Below, in pieces: positions 38,701 to 50,200 of a DNA stretch of 61,943 bases. Position numbers and translations under genes: made by a program. Source of the stretch: Thermoplasmata archaeon. GTDB taxonomy: Archaea; Thermoplasmatota; Thermoplasmata; RBG-16-68-12; JAFNFQ01. The stretch lies in the NCBI GenBank assembly GCA_041489255.1, contig JBGPQV010000016.1, forward strand, positions 1-61,943. Direction: 5' to 3'. The notes beneath the pieces were generated by a model. That model saw nothing but the letters and a program-made list of their open reading frames with translations, ran no database searches and was not told where the DNA came from. The stretch's first letter is position 1. Each line of letters begins with the position of its first letter.

Positions 38701-40196
38701 CTCTTCCCATCGTCTTCTCCGTAGTCGTGCACAACCAAGGCAATGCGACCACAGTCAACGAATCGACCCTCGCATTTTGCGACGAGCAGAATCCCGGCAT
38801 TCCATTTGCCGAGTTCAGGGTGAGTCCGCTCCTTCCTGGCAGCGATTCCTCGCGGTATACAGCCACGTGGACATCTCCCGCCATACCCGGGACTTACCTC
38901 GTGTCCGTTGACGTGGACTACTACGATAATGTGAGTGAGTGGGACGAGACGAACAACGTGTACACATGGACGATTGATGTCGCGTCTGCGCCTGTCACCT
39001 TGGCTGACTACGTTCCGACTCAGACCGAGCCGCCCACGCCGCTCAAAATCGGCACCTCTTCCACCGTCCTCCTCTCGTTGCGAGTGCTCAACAAGGGAAA
39101 CGCCACCGCGCAGGCGAACGCCACGATCCTCGCGTTCTACAGCGAACCACCGCCCACTCTGCCTTTTGCAGAGTTCGTGGTTTTCCCTCTTCCTCCCGAT
39201 GGGGTGTCCCCGCGCTACACCGCCGAATGGAGGTCTCCCGCCGTCCCTGGCGTGTACAGCGTGACTGCGGACGTGGACTACTTTGACGACGAGATCGAGT
39301 GGAACGAGACTGACAACCTGCACATATGGATTGTCGAGGTGGTCATCGGTCCTGTCACATCTCTCGTCGTCGGCGCTCCGAACTATACTTCCACCGCGAC
39401 GTACGTGAGGTCTTCCACCGCCCTCGGTCTCTCGGTATCGGACCGTGGCGGGACTGGGATAAACTTCACGAGATATCGGATAGACGGCGGCCAGTGGATA
39501 GACTACGGAGATCAGTTCTTCCTGGCGGGAGAAGGGGAGCACTCCATTGAGTGGTATTCCGAGGACAACGCCGGGAACAGGGAGGACGTAGTTCACAGGG
39601 CACTGCGGGTCGATGACACTCCCCCCTCCACGTCGATATCTCCCGCCAACTGTCCATGCACTGCCGACACATTGTTCACCCTCACTGGCACGGACAGTGG
39701 AAGCGGCGTGAACGTCACCAGGTACAGGATAGACGGCGGCGAATGGACAGTCTACACAAATGGATTCACCGTCCCGGAGGGTGAGCACAACATCTCATTC
39801 TACTCGGTGGACAACCTGAACAACACCGAGCCGGAGAGATGGCTGGTGGTCAAGCCACCGCCCGAGGTGGCAGTGAACTACAAGCCGATCGTGGCTCTCA
39901 CATTCGCAATCATCCTGCTCGTGGCGGGAGTTTGGTCGTCGAAGAAGAGACCGTGGAAGGGCGGGAAGGAGAGGAGGGCGGTGGTAAAGGCGTTCATGCT
40001 CACTTCGATGCCATTTGTGCTCGCAGAGGCGGCAACTGGCGTGGTGTCTTTCCTCACCGGGCAGCTGTCGATACCGCCCCTGGTTGGAGCGGGGACTGCC
40101 GTTGACCTGGCTATTCTCTTGGCCGGAATAGTTGCCGCAATCCTCCGGATAGTGAGGACAAAACCATCAGGAGCAGGGGAAACGGGTACGCCGTAG
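35697..40196 (+). CDS. Surface protein B: SBBP beta-propeller, CARDB repeats, OmpL47-like units, NYKP anchor
   Basis: FTENRGQ N-domain; YST(F/Y)LGG..IA.D..G.AYV.G.T.S.DFP repeats; E..E.NN CARDB ends; C-terminal NYKP domain. Confidence 0.88.
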   Translation: MRGVLCPGSRRSVLVSALVVLSLLAVTPLGPIPSAALPGRDSSVPSMSQTGRDILDIFHSTGGYFTENRGQVNVAVRYYSRGNPAVAFRDDGVMFVMTKWSGVDDAALMRSPFGRNRPFGSSGQLIPSESLAYMMRFDGSNIVRPIGLERLHFDSNFFIGSDSSKWATDVPNYAEIVYRDLYQGIDLSFRMTASGPKYEFTIQPGADISAIRIAPDGVESVSVDADGVAMSTLLGSVRDLPPYSFQESGDPIACSFIPRGKEAYGFDCASWDRSRRLTIDPLIYSTFLGGSSSREYADSIAVDDAGSAYVTGMTYSADFPVTVGVIYTSLNGTSDAFVSKLSPDGSTLEYSTYLGGGSDEWTASIALDSSGGAYVVGVTDSTDYPTTPGAYDTSYNGGYNDIFVTELNPTGSSLLYSTYIGAYLEEVGYSIVLDSSRHAYITGKTWSDTGFPTTTGAYDTTFNDRPSYNDGDVIVIKLTPAGDDLVYSTFIGGAGWEVGMAIALDSSGNAFVTGDTESVDFPVSPGAMNTTSLYPGGQTFVAKLNAAGSSLVYSALIGRAQSPHDGGRAIIADSFGAVYVAGTTSGFSATAGAYQTSFAGDNNDGFLAKLDSIGSAFAYGTYLGGSDDDYIYALALDSGGNAYVSGRTFSADYPVTADAFDTMLDGTDAFLTEVNPTGSALVNSTFLGGNDSEYGYGLALDSFGSVYVVGPTSSPDFPVTADSFDETYNGFDDAFVTKLGLGGGANKPDLEVLPGYIVFSPPSPIGMGATVNINVMVHNVGFRNAYNIVVRFYDGAPVAGNQIDGDKVIPVIDIHLPVGGASVIWLAVPPRFHDICIVADPDNSIDEVNETNNEACAQLEVIIPPVPDLTILQQDVLLFPAPPIVEGSIVRINATVRNIGGVASGATAARFHDGLPPSPQIDVDQSLATMPSGGSQTVSVVWIALPPGSHNLCAIADPDNLVSELDEGNNMACFAVEVLPVTKPDYLPFQPEPPSPSSIGLSLPIVFSVVVHNQGNATTVNESTLAFCDEQNPGIPFAEFRVSPLLPGSDSSRYTATWTSPAIPGTYLVSVDVDYYDNVSEWDETNNVYTWTIDVASAPVTLADYVPTQTEPPTPLKIGTSSTVLLSLRVLNKGNATAQANATILAFYSEPPPTLPFAEFVVFPLPPDGVSPRYTAEWRSPAVPGVYSVTADVDYFDDEIEWNETDNLHIWIVEVVIGPVTSLVVGAPNYTSTATYVRSSTALGLSVSDRGGTGINFTRYRIDGGQWIDYGDQFFLAGEGEHSIEWYSEDNAGNREDVVHRALRVDDTPPSTSISPANCPCTADTLFTLTGTDSGSGVNVTRYRIDGGEWTVYTNGFTVPEGEHNISFYSVDNLNNTEPERWLVVKPPPEVAVNYKPIVALTFAIILLVAGVWSSKKRPWKGGKERRAVVKAFMLTSMPFVLAEAATGVVSFLTGQLSIPPLVGAGTAVDLAILLAGIVAAILRIVRTKPSGAGETGTP

Positions 40197-40445
40197 AAAC
40201 GGTGACAGTCGGGAGGCCGACGATAGACGACTTTGGTTAGATGAACCTCATCAAGGACTGCACGAGGCGCCCGCCCCTTTGAAGACGCGGAGGATTGCAC
40301 CGGAGGCGTGAACCGGCTTCTTCAGGCTTTCCCTTCTCTGGTTGTGTATTTCTTCGCCGTCCATGCTAGATCTCAGAACAGAAAAATATAGGTATGCATG
40401 CAGGGCGTTATCTGAGAATGTCATCATAACAGACATACATACCGA

Positions 40446-41270
40446 TTAGACATCTTTCACCTTGCTCGACCAAAGCGGGACATTGGGCAATCCGACGGCA
40501 ACTGCATCGCCTCCGCGAATGATGAATGGCGTGCCATCAGCTAACCAAACCAAATAACCGCTGCCGGAGTAGTGAGTCGAGATGCGTTCCACTGTGTTTA
40601 TCTGGTCAATAGGAATTTTCTTCGTCTTCCTTCTCGAGCTAGTCCTTATGGCCTTCGCGAAAACCATTGTTTCGTTCTCGAGTCTGCTCGGTCTCGCGAC
40701 CGTGAATCCGTAATGCTTGCCCACAAGGAGGGGTCTCTTGACGCCCTCCCGGTAGGATTCGCCGAAGGCGGCGCAAATTCGTTCAAGTATCTCGAGGCCA
40801 CGACTCCCAAAACCTTTTTGATCGAGATAGATTCTTGGGCCATCGCGGAGTCTGAGGACTACCCCAAAGGAACCTCTTGGATTATCTTTGAATTCCACTT
40901 CAACGACTTCGGCAAGCGAGATCTCCCAAGTCCATCCTCTCCCCATCCTTCTGAATGGGAACTCCAAGCCCAGGACCCCGTCCCTGATTACTCGCGAGCG
41001 CTCTGAAACTACGAAGAAGACAACAACCATTGCAAAACCAGTTACAATCAGCATCAGCAGTATCCGGGGGATATAACCCACGACGTCATTTATTCCGGAA
41101 AGAAGGGACTGTACAACCAAGTAATCCGACCCAACAACCGCTGCTATGATCGTTCCAGCGACAACGGTTTGTCTAATAGCACGAAGCCGCCTCTGAGCCT
41201 TCGTAGGAACGAATTTCAGGTTGGACAGTTCGGAAACTGGCTTTTTGTCGTCTTGTATTGCTTCAACCAT
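40446..41270 (-). CDS. 2-TM protein with PH-like beta domains; candidate immunity protein
   Basis: Two TM helices, then EISLAEVVEVEF..VVLRLRDG and KIPIDQINTVE..LVWLADG units; GGAGGG RBS; 8-nt overlap with the upstream giant gene. Confidence 0.7.
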   Translation of the reverse strand: MVEAIQDDKKPVSELSNLKFVPTKAQRRLRAIRQTVVAGTIIAAVVGSDYLVVQSLLSGINDVVGYIPRILLMLIVTGFAMVVVFFVVSERSRVIRDGVLGLEFPFRRMGRGWTWEISLAEVVEVEFKDNPRGSFGVVLRLRDGPRIYLDQKGFGSRGLEILERICAAFGESYREGVKRPLLVGKHYGFTVARPSRLENETMVFAKAIRTSSRRKTKKIPIDQINTVERISTHYSGSGYLVWLADGTPFIIRGGDAVAVGLPNVPLWSSKVKDV

Positions 41271-44200
41271 TGTACCCTCCCGTGGCCCAACGAACACCAA
41301 TCAAGGCCAATATGACAAAAGGGGACGAGAAAGTGATAATCTTCTCAAGCATTTTCGCTATATCACTGAGCCAATCCATTGTCTCCATCGCATCCGACTG
41401 AGACCACTTGACATAGTAGAAAAGACCAAAGATAGATACCGCCAATGTGGCAAAATCAACACACATTTTGGCAGGGCCTTTTTGTGGCATCAAGGCAGAT
41501 TGCATCAGGAGCAAAAGCGCAACTACCGAGATTCCGAATCCTATCCATCTTTTCATGAATTCATTCGCAGTCGACATGCTCGATGAAAGTCCTCCGAGCG
41601 AATAGGCGATCATACTGCCAGCGCGCGCCATCATTGATGAGGCAATGCCAAGGCCACTCAGCAATCCCAGGGTTGCGTTCGTCATCCAACTCACTGTCGT
41701 GAGTATCTCCACGGTGATCATGGATAGCGAGCATGCAAGAGTGATACCAGCCAGGAATTGTATCACAAAATCGAGGAATGTCTGTGTAGCTATCTTCGAC
41801 ACGAGCCATGCGAATCCGAGCGTCACAGCTTTGAAGACTATCTCCGCCGCGCGCACGATAAGCGGTAATGCGGCCAAAGCGACCGCCAAGGAGAAGATCG
41901 CCGCAGATACTGCGATAGCCGCTACGAGGAAATCTGCATTATTCTCAAAGCTCTCATACATTCGAATGAGACCGCCAGATATGCTGCTGAGTGCTTCTTT
42001 GAGGATATTCGTTATGGATTCGAGTAAGAATCTCACGGCGGCGGTCAGTACGGCCATCACAAAGTCGATGATCCACTTCACGAACGCCAATATCGCATCC
42101 ACGAACGGCTTCACCACCGTGTCGTAGATGTATTCCAGCCCCTTCCCCTCGGCAATCGCCATCGCCAGCCCTATGCCCCACTTGACCACCGCCGCTACCA
42201 CGTTTGCGATGAACGTGCACACCGCCACGACGGCGTTCCAGACCGCAGACACGAGCCCCGTGAAGGAATTCCACAGCAGCTCCCAGTACGAGGGCTTGCG
42301 GATCGGCGGTGGCGGGACCGAGTGATTCCCGCTGTTCTCCACGGTCATGTTCGGCAGTACGTTCATCAGTGCCTGGTCGAACCCGATGGTGTAGATCTCG
42401 TCCGTGACGACGAGGGGGAAGGAGGTGTCCATGCCCGTGCTGTTCCTCTGCAGCTTGAGTATCCAAGTCCACGCCTCTGCGAGCGTCAGGTTGGCGGCGA
42501 CGAGCTGCTGCACCACCCTAGCGTTCAGCTCGCGCGGGTTGTCGTTGCCCATGATGGTCGAGCCGAGGAGCGGGTTGCCCGGGTGGAACGCCGAGCCGTC
42601 GGAGGAGTTCATCGACGCGAAGAACTCGGACTGCATGAACAGCCCTCTCGGCACGACGATGCCGTTCAGGCCCCTGTCGAGGTAGTTGAGGGCGCGTATC
42701 TCGCCCTGGCTGAGTGAGCGGTTCCAGAGCGTGAGGTCGTCGAAGAAGCCATTGAACAGGGCATCGGAGGCGCACCGCGCGATGCACAGCCTCGTGCTGT
42801 CGAAGGTGGCCAGGCTCGCTGGACTTCCCCAATCGTACGTGTGCATCTTCTCCCCGTCGATGTAGAAGATGGAATACTGGCCGTCGTACGTCAGAGTAGC
42901 GACGTGCCATTCGTTCGGCGGGAGCTTCACATTCGGGGGGTAGATCGTGGTTAATGCTCCGCTTTCCCTCCTCAAAGCGTAGCGCACGGTCCCGGCGGGT
43001 CCGGCCACGCTCATCGAGTACAAGCCCACCCATAGGCCATTCTGCAAGCCCTCAGCATACGCCACGGTCTGGATGACGTTTCCTCCGAGCCACTGAAGTC
43101 TGACCGACAGCGTGAGCTTGGTGACGCCGACGCCGGCACCTTCACTGACCATCAATCGAGCGTCGTTCAGTACCTGGACCGCCAATCCTCGCTGCCCCTC
43201 GACTGGCCTGACATCCGTTACAACCGACGCACCTTCCGCCCTCGCGTAATTGCCGTGGCCCGAGAGATCCTCATACCCCAGGATACCGGCTGCATCCACA
43301 TCGTTGTTTTTCAATCTGGTGTCCATGTCAAGGTCCACTATCTTTGTGTTGACGATTCCGACTTCCCCGTTGCTCAGCGCCCTTCCGTACAACGCGACCT
43401 CGTCAACGACGCCGTCGAAGCAGCTGCCGTCCCAATCCCTGCCTATCTGCACCGGTTCGCTGTTCTCGCCTATCCAGAAGGCGCCTTTCATCTGGGAGAC
43501 CAGCACGCTGTTGCCGAGGTAGATCGTCATATTCATGCCGTCGTACTCGGCGGTGATGTGATACCAAGAACCTTGATCCAGCGGGACGACCGTGGGTGAA
43601 TCGACGATGTAGTCTTGCGAGCCGTTCTTGATTTCGAAACGCAGTCCGTTGGTGCTGCCGAGCCAGCCGATCCGCCAGGCGTCCTTCTTCCCCACCGCCC
43701 AATACCACTTGGCGGAGTCGCCTGTATGGTAGTCGACGTGCGGCATCACCCAGAACGAGATGGTCATTTCGTCCTTGAAATGCAGTTTCGGATTGTCGCT
43801 CGTCTCCAGCCAGTTGTTGCCGTCCTCCAGGTGCACCCCGTATCCCCAGTAGCCTTGCACCTGCGGGAGGGTGCCCCAGCCGGCCCTGTGACCATGGCCT
43901 GTCAGGTCTTTGTAGTACACGGTAGTGCCTATCGTTTCCTTCTGCTCCATGTTCCAGTACGCCTCCGCCCCGCCCGCGTCCATCGTGTTGATGTTGATGA
44001 CCGCGAACCTCTGCTCGCCTACGAATCGATGCGCCCCGGTCGATCCATTCTGGACTGTCGACCAGTCTGTCGGGGTCATGAGGACAGTATTCACCTTGCC
44101 GAACTTGACCGTGCGGATCTCGTAGTACAAGGTCGCGGTCGGCGCGGGCGGTGTGTCCGTACCATAGGAGTATCCCCAGAGTTTGTTGTCGCCTACCGTG

Positions 44201-47200
44201 AAGTTGACGATGACTGACCTGCTCGCGTCGCGCGTCAGGTCAATCTGCACCTGACCGTTCGGGTCATTGCGGAAGGCGCTGATGACTACCATGGCCCATT
44301 TCCTGTCGTCCGGCACATTGACGGCGAGGTAATGGGCGGGTCTCTCTCTGAGGCTGTTGATTGGCGCCTCTGAGCCAATTGTGTACTTGCCGTTAACACC
44401 GACCTCGCTCCACGCCGTGCATGTGTACTGCTCCGGGCAATCGTCCACTCCATAGAGCTGCTTCACCGTCACTTGAACGATGAGGTCGTGCAACGGGTCC
44501 AGGTCGACGCCGTCGTTGAAACCGTCCCCGTCGGTGTCCTTCTTCGTCGGATCGGTGCGAAGGACCTTGGTCTCGTTTCCATCCGGCACTTTGTCTCCAT
44601 CGGTGTCCGCAATCGTCGGACTCGTGTAAAAACCGGTCAGGCCCTTCACTTCTCCCCCGTCGGAAAGGCCGTCTTTGTCCGTGTCGGGATAGAGGGGGGA
44701 AGTGATTTCGACACGATCCACCTCCGCCTCGAACACCCAGACCTTTCCCAAGCCACTCCCCCTCTGTATCTGCAGACTGTGCATCCCCTTCGCCATCGAC
44801 GAAACGAAGTTGAAGGACTGATTGCTCCAGCCGTTGCTCGTGTTTTTCGTCACCTTCTGCTGCCCGTCGACGTAGACCTGGGCAGACACGCTGCCACCCT
44901 GCGCAAGGGCGGTCGTCCTGATGGAAAAGGAGTATCGCGCGAACGCGTTCACGGTGATGTTCATCGTGACATTGGCTAGGTAGCCGGGGGCGGAGTTGTT
45001 CCTGTACTGGAAGCTGTAGAGCTCGTCGTAGTCGGTCAGCCCGTCACGGTCCGTGTCCGGGTCGTTGACCGCGGTATGGTAGACGCACGCCTCGTCGTAG
45101 TCCGAGAGGCCGTCCCCGTCCGTGTCGTTTGACTTGGTCCACGACTCTATCCTGGTGTACTGCCAGTAGGCTATCTCGGAGGGGAGGCCGGTCCGCTCCA
45201 CCTTCATCGTCTTCGGGCCGGAGCAGAAGCTGACGTCGAACGAGAAGTCCCGCTGCCAGCCAGGCGGGACCGACGTCTTGTTTATCCAGACATCCTCCTC
45301 CAGGTGCCCGATCTTGTGGTTCTGCTCGAAAGCGCCAATCACAACTTGGACCAAGGTGTTGTTCACGTAGAAATCCTGTTCAGAGAACTGGTACCCGGAG
45401 TTGCTCTGGTCAAAGTCCCCGCGAGACCTGCCCTCGAACCTGTACGTGCCCGACGTGTAGGCGGGGAAGTTGAAACTTATCGGCGGGGTGCCGTTGGGGA
45501 GCGTCTGGGAGGGGTAACTCTGCGTCTCCCCATACTCAGTCTGGTGGTCACCGTCCTGGTCCGGCTCGGCCCACATCCTGTCGACGAACAGCTGTACTGT
45601 GAAGTGCAGCATCACGTTCAGCTGCGCGCTGCCGTAGTAGTCCCGGTAAAATGAGGCGTTCGTCCTGTAGGTGCCGGTGTGCCACTGGCTGTCGCCCAGG
45701 GTGTCCCCCAGGATCTCGTAAGCGCCGTCGTGCCACTGCTCCACGTGTCCGGTGGCCATCGCCTTGTAGGTCAGATAGACTACGTATCCGGAATCGATGA
45801 GGGGCGCGCTCAGGTAGACCTCGGCGCCGGGCTGGGCCTGCCTCACGAGCCTCCCGTCCAGAATCGTGATGGGATCCCACTGCCCGTTCGGGTAAAGGCT
45901 CATCCCGGGGTCGTGGAGCCAGAGGAAGTTGTCCCCCGTCACCCCGACCTCGTCGAACCAGCGAACTATGTGCATCGAGGCGTAGGAGAACTCGTTCACC
46001 GCATACGCGACGAACCTCACCAGCACGTTCATGCCGGGAACGAACGGATAGGCGTCGTAGTAGGCAGACTGGTTCGTGTTGAAGTGGTTGTCCGTGCTGA
46101 ACGAGACCAGCCTGGCGATCTCAACCCAGGCGGTGCCCGTGTACTGCTCGACGCTCAGGCTGGTCACGTCTCCCTTGAAGCGGAAATCGACGTTGTAGGT
46201 CGCGCCCGTGTCCGGTATGTTGAGGATCAGCTCGCTGTGGTTCAGCCCGTTCTTGTATCCGTTTCCAGTGTCCGCCCATCCAGGTCCCGTGAGAATCCCG
46301 GGCGAGTGGAATAGCGCGTCACTGTCGTCGCTGCCGTGGCCGACGTACGTCGAATAGCCGTAGGCCACCGCCGAGATGTTGTCCACCTTGACGGGCGAGC
46401 TGAAGCGCATGGCGACGTTTATGCCGAACGTGGAGGGAAGTTTGTCGTAGAACATCGTGTGGTCGAGGACGAAGCTCCATGTCCACCAGTTGGCCTTCCC
46501 GGGCAGGGTGGTCACGTTCACCCACCCAGCGCCGTTGTACACGGAGAGGTTCGAGTCGGCCGACGCGTAGTATTGGAACGTCAGGAGGTAGTCGGTGTAC
46601 TTCTCATGGGAATTGCGGTACAGGTTGAGGTAGAAGACGGCGTTGGCTGACGCGTTCCGGTACCACGGGTTGTTGTTCATGTTCCAGAAGGTTCCCCGTG
46701 ACTGCCCGTTCCAGCGCGCGGGCTGTCCCCATCCCGTGGTCGAATCGATCGAAAGACCGGGCAGGTTACCCAGAAGGATTGCGTCTCCCTGTGAACCCGC
46801 CTGGGCCCCCACGTCGCGGACGAGCCTGTCCGGCCCGCCTCCGGTGACGTTGAACGTGAGCCCGTAGTAGCCGAACAGCGGGCCATTCGTTGCGAAATAA
46901 CGGACCTCGAGGTACCAGAGGCCGGGCGTGGTGGCGGTGAAGACGATGGTCTCCTTCAGCCCGAACCCGCGCATCTGCGAGGACGCCATCATCTGGCTGT
47001 TCGGCCCGTACAGGTAGAGGTCGAGGTCCATATATGGCGGGGGGACCAGCTGAGCCCGTATCGTCTGGTTCCCGAAGGCGATGAACCTGTAGAAGTCGTA
47101 GGGGTCGGCGGGCGGGGGCGGTGGCGGCGGAGGCGCGAGTCCCTGGATGCGTCCGGTGTAGGCGCCAGGCTCTATCGGGAGCGCGAAGGGAATCGAGTTG

Positions 47201-50200
47201 CCCGCGTCCTGACCGCTCCCCGCGTCGTTGGGCGCGTAGGCGGTCAGGAAGATGTTCATCAAGGAGACATTCGTGTCGTTCAGGTTTGTCACCGTGGACG
47301 ACTCCGCCCTGCACTTGTAGACTGTGTCAGGCAGGAGGCCCGCCAGGTTGACCGAGTGTGAGGTGCCATTGGCGCCGGTCGCCGTGTACTCCCAAATCGA
47401 GTTCTTGCCGTACCTCACGACGCTTGTGCCGGCGATGTTCGTGTTCCACGTGATCGTGGCGGTGGTCTGACCGATGCTGGGGATCTGGACGTTCGACACT
47501 AGGATCCCCTTGGTGGTGAACGTTCTGTCGAGACCTGTGGCGGTGTCGTTCGCGTTCGCGAGGGCCGTCGACTCGACTCGGAAGTGGTAGGTGGTGTTGG
47601 AGAGGAGGTTCGAGATCGCTATCGAGTGCAACGTGCCGCTGGAGCCGGTCACGTTGTTCGTGTAGTTCGATGTCGACCCGCAGCGGACGACCGAGGTGCC
47701 GTTGTAGTTGCTCTCCCACGAGATCGTCGCCGAGCTTGTGGTTGCGTTCACGGTGATGTTGTAGACGCTGATGGGGGGCGTTCCGAAGGGCACTCCCGCC
47801 ACCGCATCGGTGTCGTTAGCGTTCGCGAGACCGACCGACCTGGCCTGGAAGAAGTAGGTGGTGGCGCTCTTCAGGTTCCACAGCGTGACGTTGTGCGTCT
47901 TCCCGGAAGTGCCGTTCACCTGGGAGCCGTACAGCGTCGTGTTGCCGAATCGTACCTCGGAAGTCGCGTTGCGCGTGGTGTTCCACGACATCTTGACGTA
48001 GTAGGAGCCGCCCGCGAACGCCGCCTTGGCCTGCGTGAAGTTCTTGATGAAGAGGTGGCTTGTGAAGTTCATGTCTCCGCTCCTAATCCACAGTGCGGAA
48101 TCGGAGATGGCGGCAGACTCCATCTGGACGTGGTAGGTGTTCCTCGGGTCGAGTCCCGTCAGGTTCACCTCGTGGAACGTGCCGTTCGCTCCCGTGGCGG
48201 TCAGGCCGTAGTCCTCCGTCGTGTTGTACCTGACCAGCGAGGTCGAGGGGAGGTTCGTCTCCCACCAGACGGTCACGTTGCTTGCCGAGGTCGCGTAGTA
48301 GTCCATGTCCTTGATGACCACCCCGGTGTAGAAGCTGTCGTAACACTGCCACATCGGAGGCGGGGGCGTCGTGAACAGGACGGCCTGGACGCCGTAGTAG
48401 TATGTGGTGTTCGCAGTCAATCCCGAGATGGTCACGTTGTACGGGGGGCCGTATGCGAGGATCTGGTTCCCCATGGTGACGTTGGGACCCCAGTTGAGCC
48501 AGGTGGCGTACGCGTTGGGCGGGTCTGTCTCCCAGTCGACCCTGGCTGTCGTCGAGGTGATGTCTGATACCGTTATGTTGAACACCGGGGCGTAGGCGGA
48601 GTACTGGAAACCGGTGTCGGGAGGGAGAGGCTCGTCTGCCGTAATCCCCCATCCGCCACCGCTCCTCGTCCCATCGCTTTGCGAGGGCGGGTCCAGCTCG
48701 CGCAGCATGAGGTGGAACGACCATGCGAGGTGACGCTGCGCCTCCGGCTCGACGAGGAGGTCGTCGCTCCCGCTTCCGCCGAGGCTCCCGTCCATCCTGG
48801 GAATGATATCGTTCCGGATCTTCATCGCGGCCGCCTGCTCCTCGCTCATGGCGATCAGCGGATACATGTCCCTGAGAAGTTGGAGGAAGGACGCCCGGCT
48901 CGTCTCCTGCGGTGTGGCGAAGGAGGAGAGCGGAAGTCTACCGGCATAGACGAGGATGCTCCCGATAAGCGGTCTGTGCAACGCCAGATCCCCGTCCATG
49001 TAGACCTCGGAACGAGCGTTCCTCCTGTCCTGCCAGAAGAGGTATGCATGGCCCGCGCTGTCGACCGCTGCCGCAGGCAGGACCGCGTCAGACTTGCTGT
49101 AGGAGAGCCTCACTGCCGTTCGCACCGGGATTCCCAAATCCATGAGCACGCTGCCGTACAGCTGCCATGGCCCGAGCCCGTCGTCCTGCCACACAAAGAA
49201 CAGGCGGCCCGTGGCGTTTGCCGCCAGCTCCGGATGGCGGGCGTTGCTCTTACCGTCGGTCAGGGCGACGGAGGAAGTCCAGCTGACACCGCCGTCCGCG
49301 CTCTTCGCCGCGAAGACCCGCGCCACCCCGCTCCTCGTCTCGCTCCACGCGGCCACGATCCGCCCCCTGAAGGATGCGAAGGCGATGGAGTCGGGCGTGA
49401 GCGTGCCCGTCACGAGTGAGACCAGGTGCGCCCCATCCACGCGGCCGGAGGACAGATCGACGGAGGAATGGAGGATCGTCATGCGTCCCTGAATCAGTTC
49501 GTTCCAGAGGACGTGCAGCGACACGCCGCTGACGATGATGGAGAACGCGGAGCCCGAAGTGACGAACGACAGCAGGTCGCCCACAGGTCCCTGGGTGACA
49601 GTGGAGTATGAGAGCCTCAGGACCCTCAGGTACGTCGCGCCGTTGACCCAGTCGTCCTGGAGGAAGGCGAGAATCATGTCATCGCCCTGGAAAGCGACCC
49701 TTGGCTGGCTCCCGAACTCCACGAATGTCGTCCTCTCCCACTTCACACCGCCATCCGCCGAGTGGCGGAATACGACGGCCCTGCCCGTGTGGTTGTTCAC
49801 GTTCACGATGGAGTCCCATGACACGACCACGTGAACCCCATCGGATGATGCTGCGACCGATGGTCGTCCCGGTCTGACTCCTGCGTCCGAGAGGCGCCTG
49901 TCCCCAGTGAACGAATCGCCCCCGTCATCGCTCCTCTTGTAATACACCGCATTGGAGCCGGTCCTCGAGTCGATCCAAGCGAGGTGAAGGACGCCGTCCC
50001 CGGCCGCCGCGGCAGAGGGGGCGAGCGAATCGCCCTCGCCAAATGCAACGGGCCTCGACGACTCCCAGTCCTCCCCGATCGCGCCGTTCCCGGCGCCCCC
50101 AGCAACGTCGGCAGGCGCGCCCGCGCGCTGCACTTGCTGGAACACCACGATCACCATCACCGCGACACAAAACAAGCTACCCAGCTTGACGCTCAATGGA

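Noticed and set aside
41263-42300. Prophage tape-measure gene
   Set aside because: The Trp-periodic helices are similar, but they are fused to a signal-peptide adhesin and no virion genes are present.
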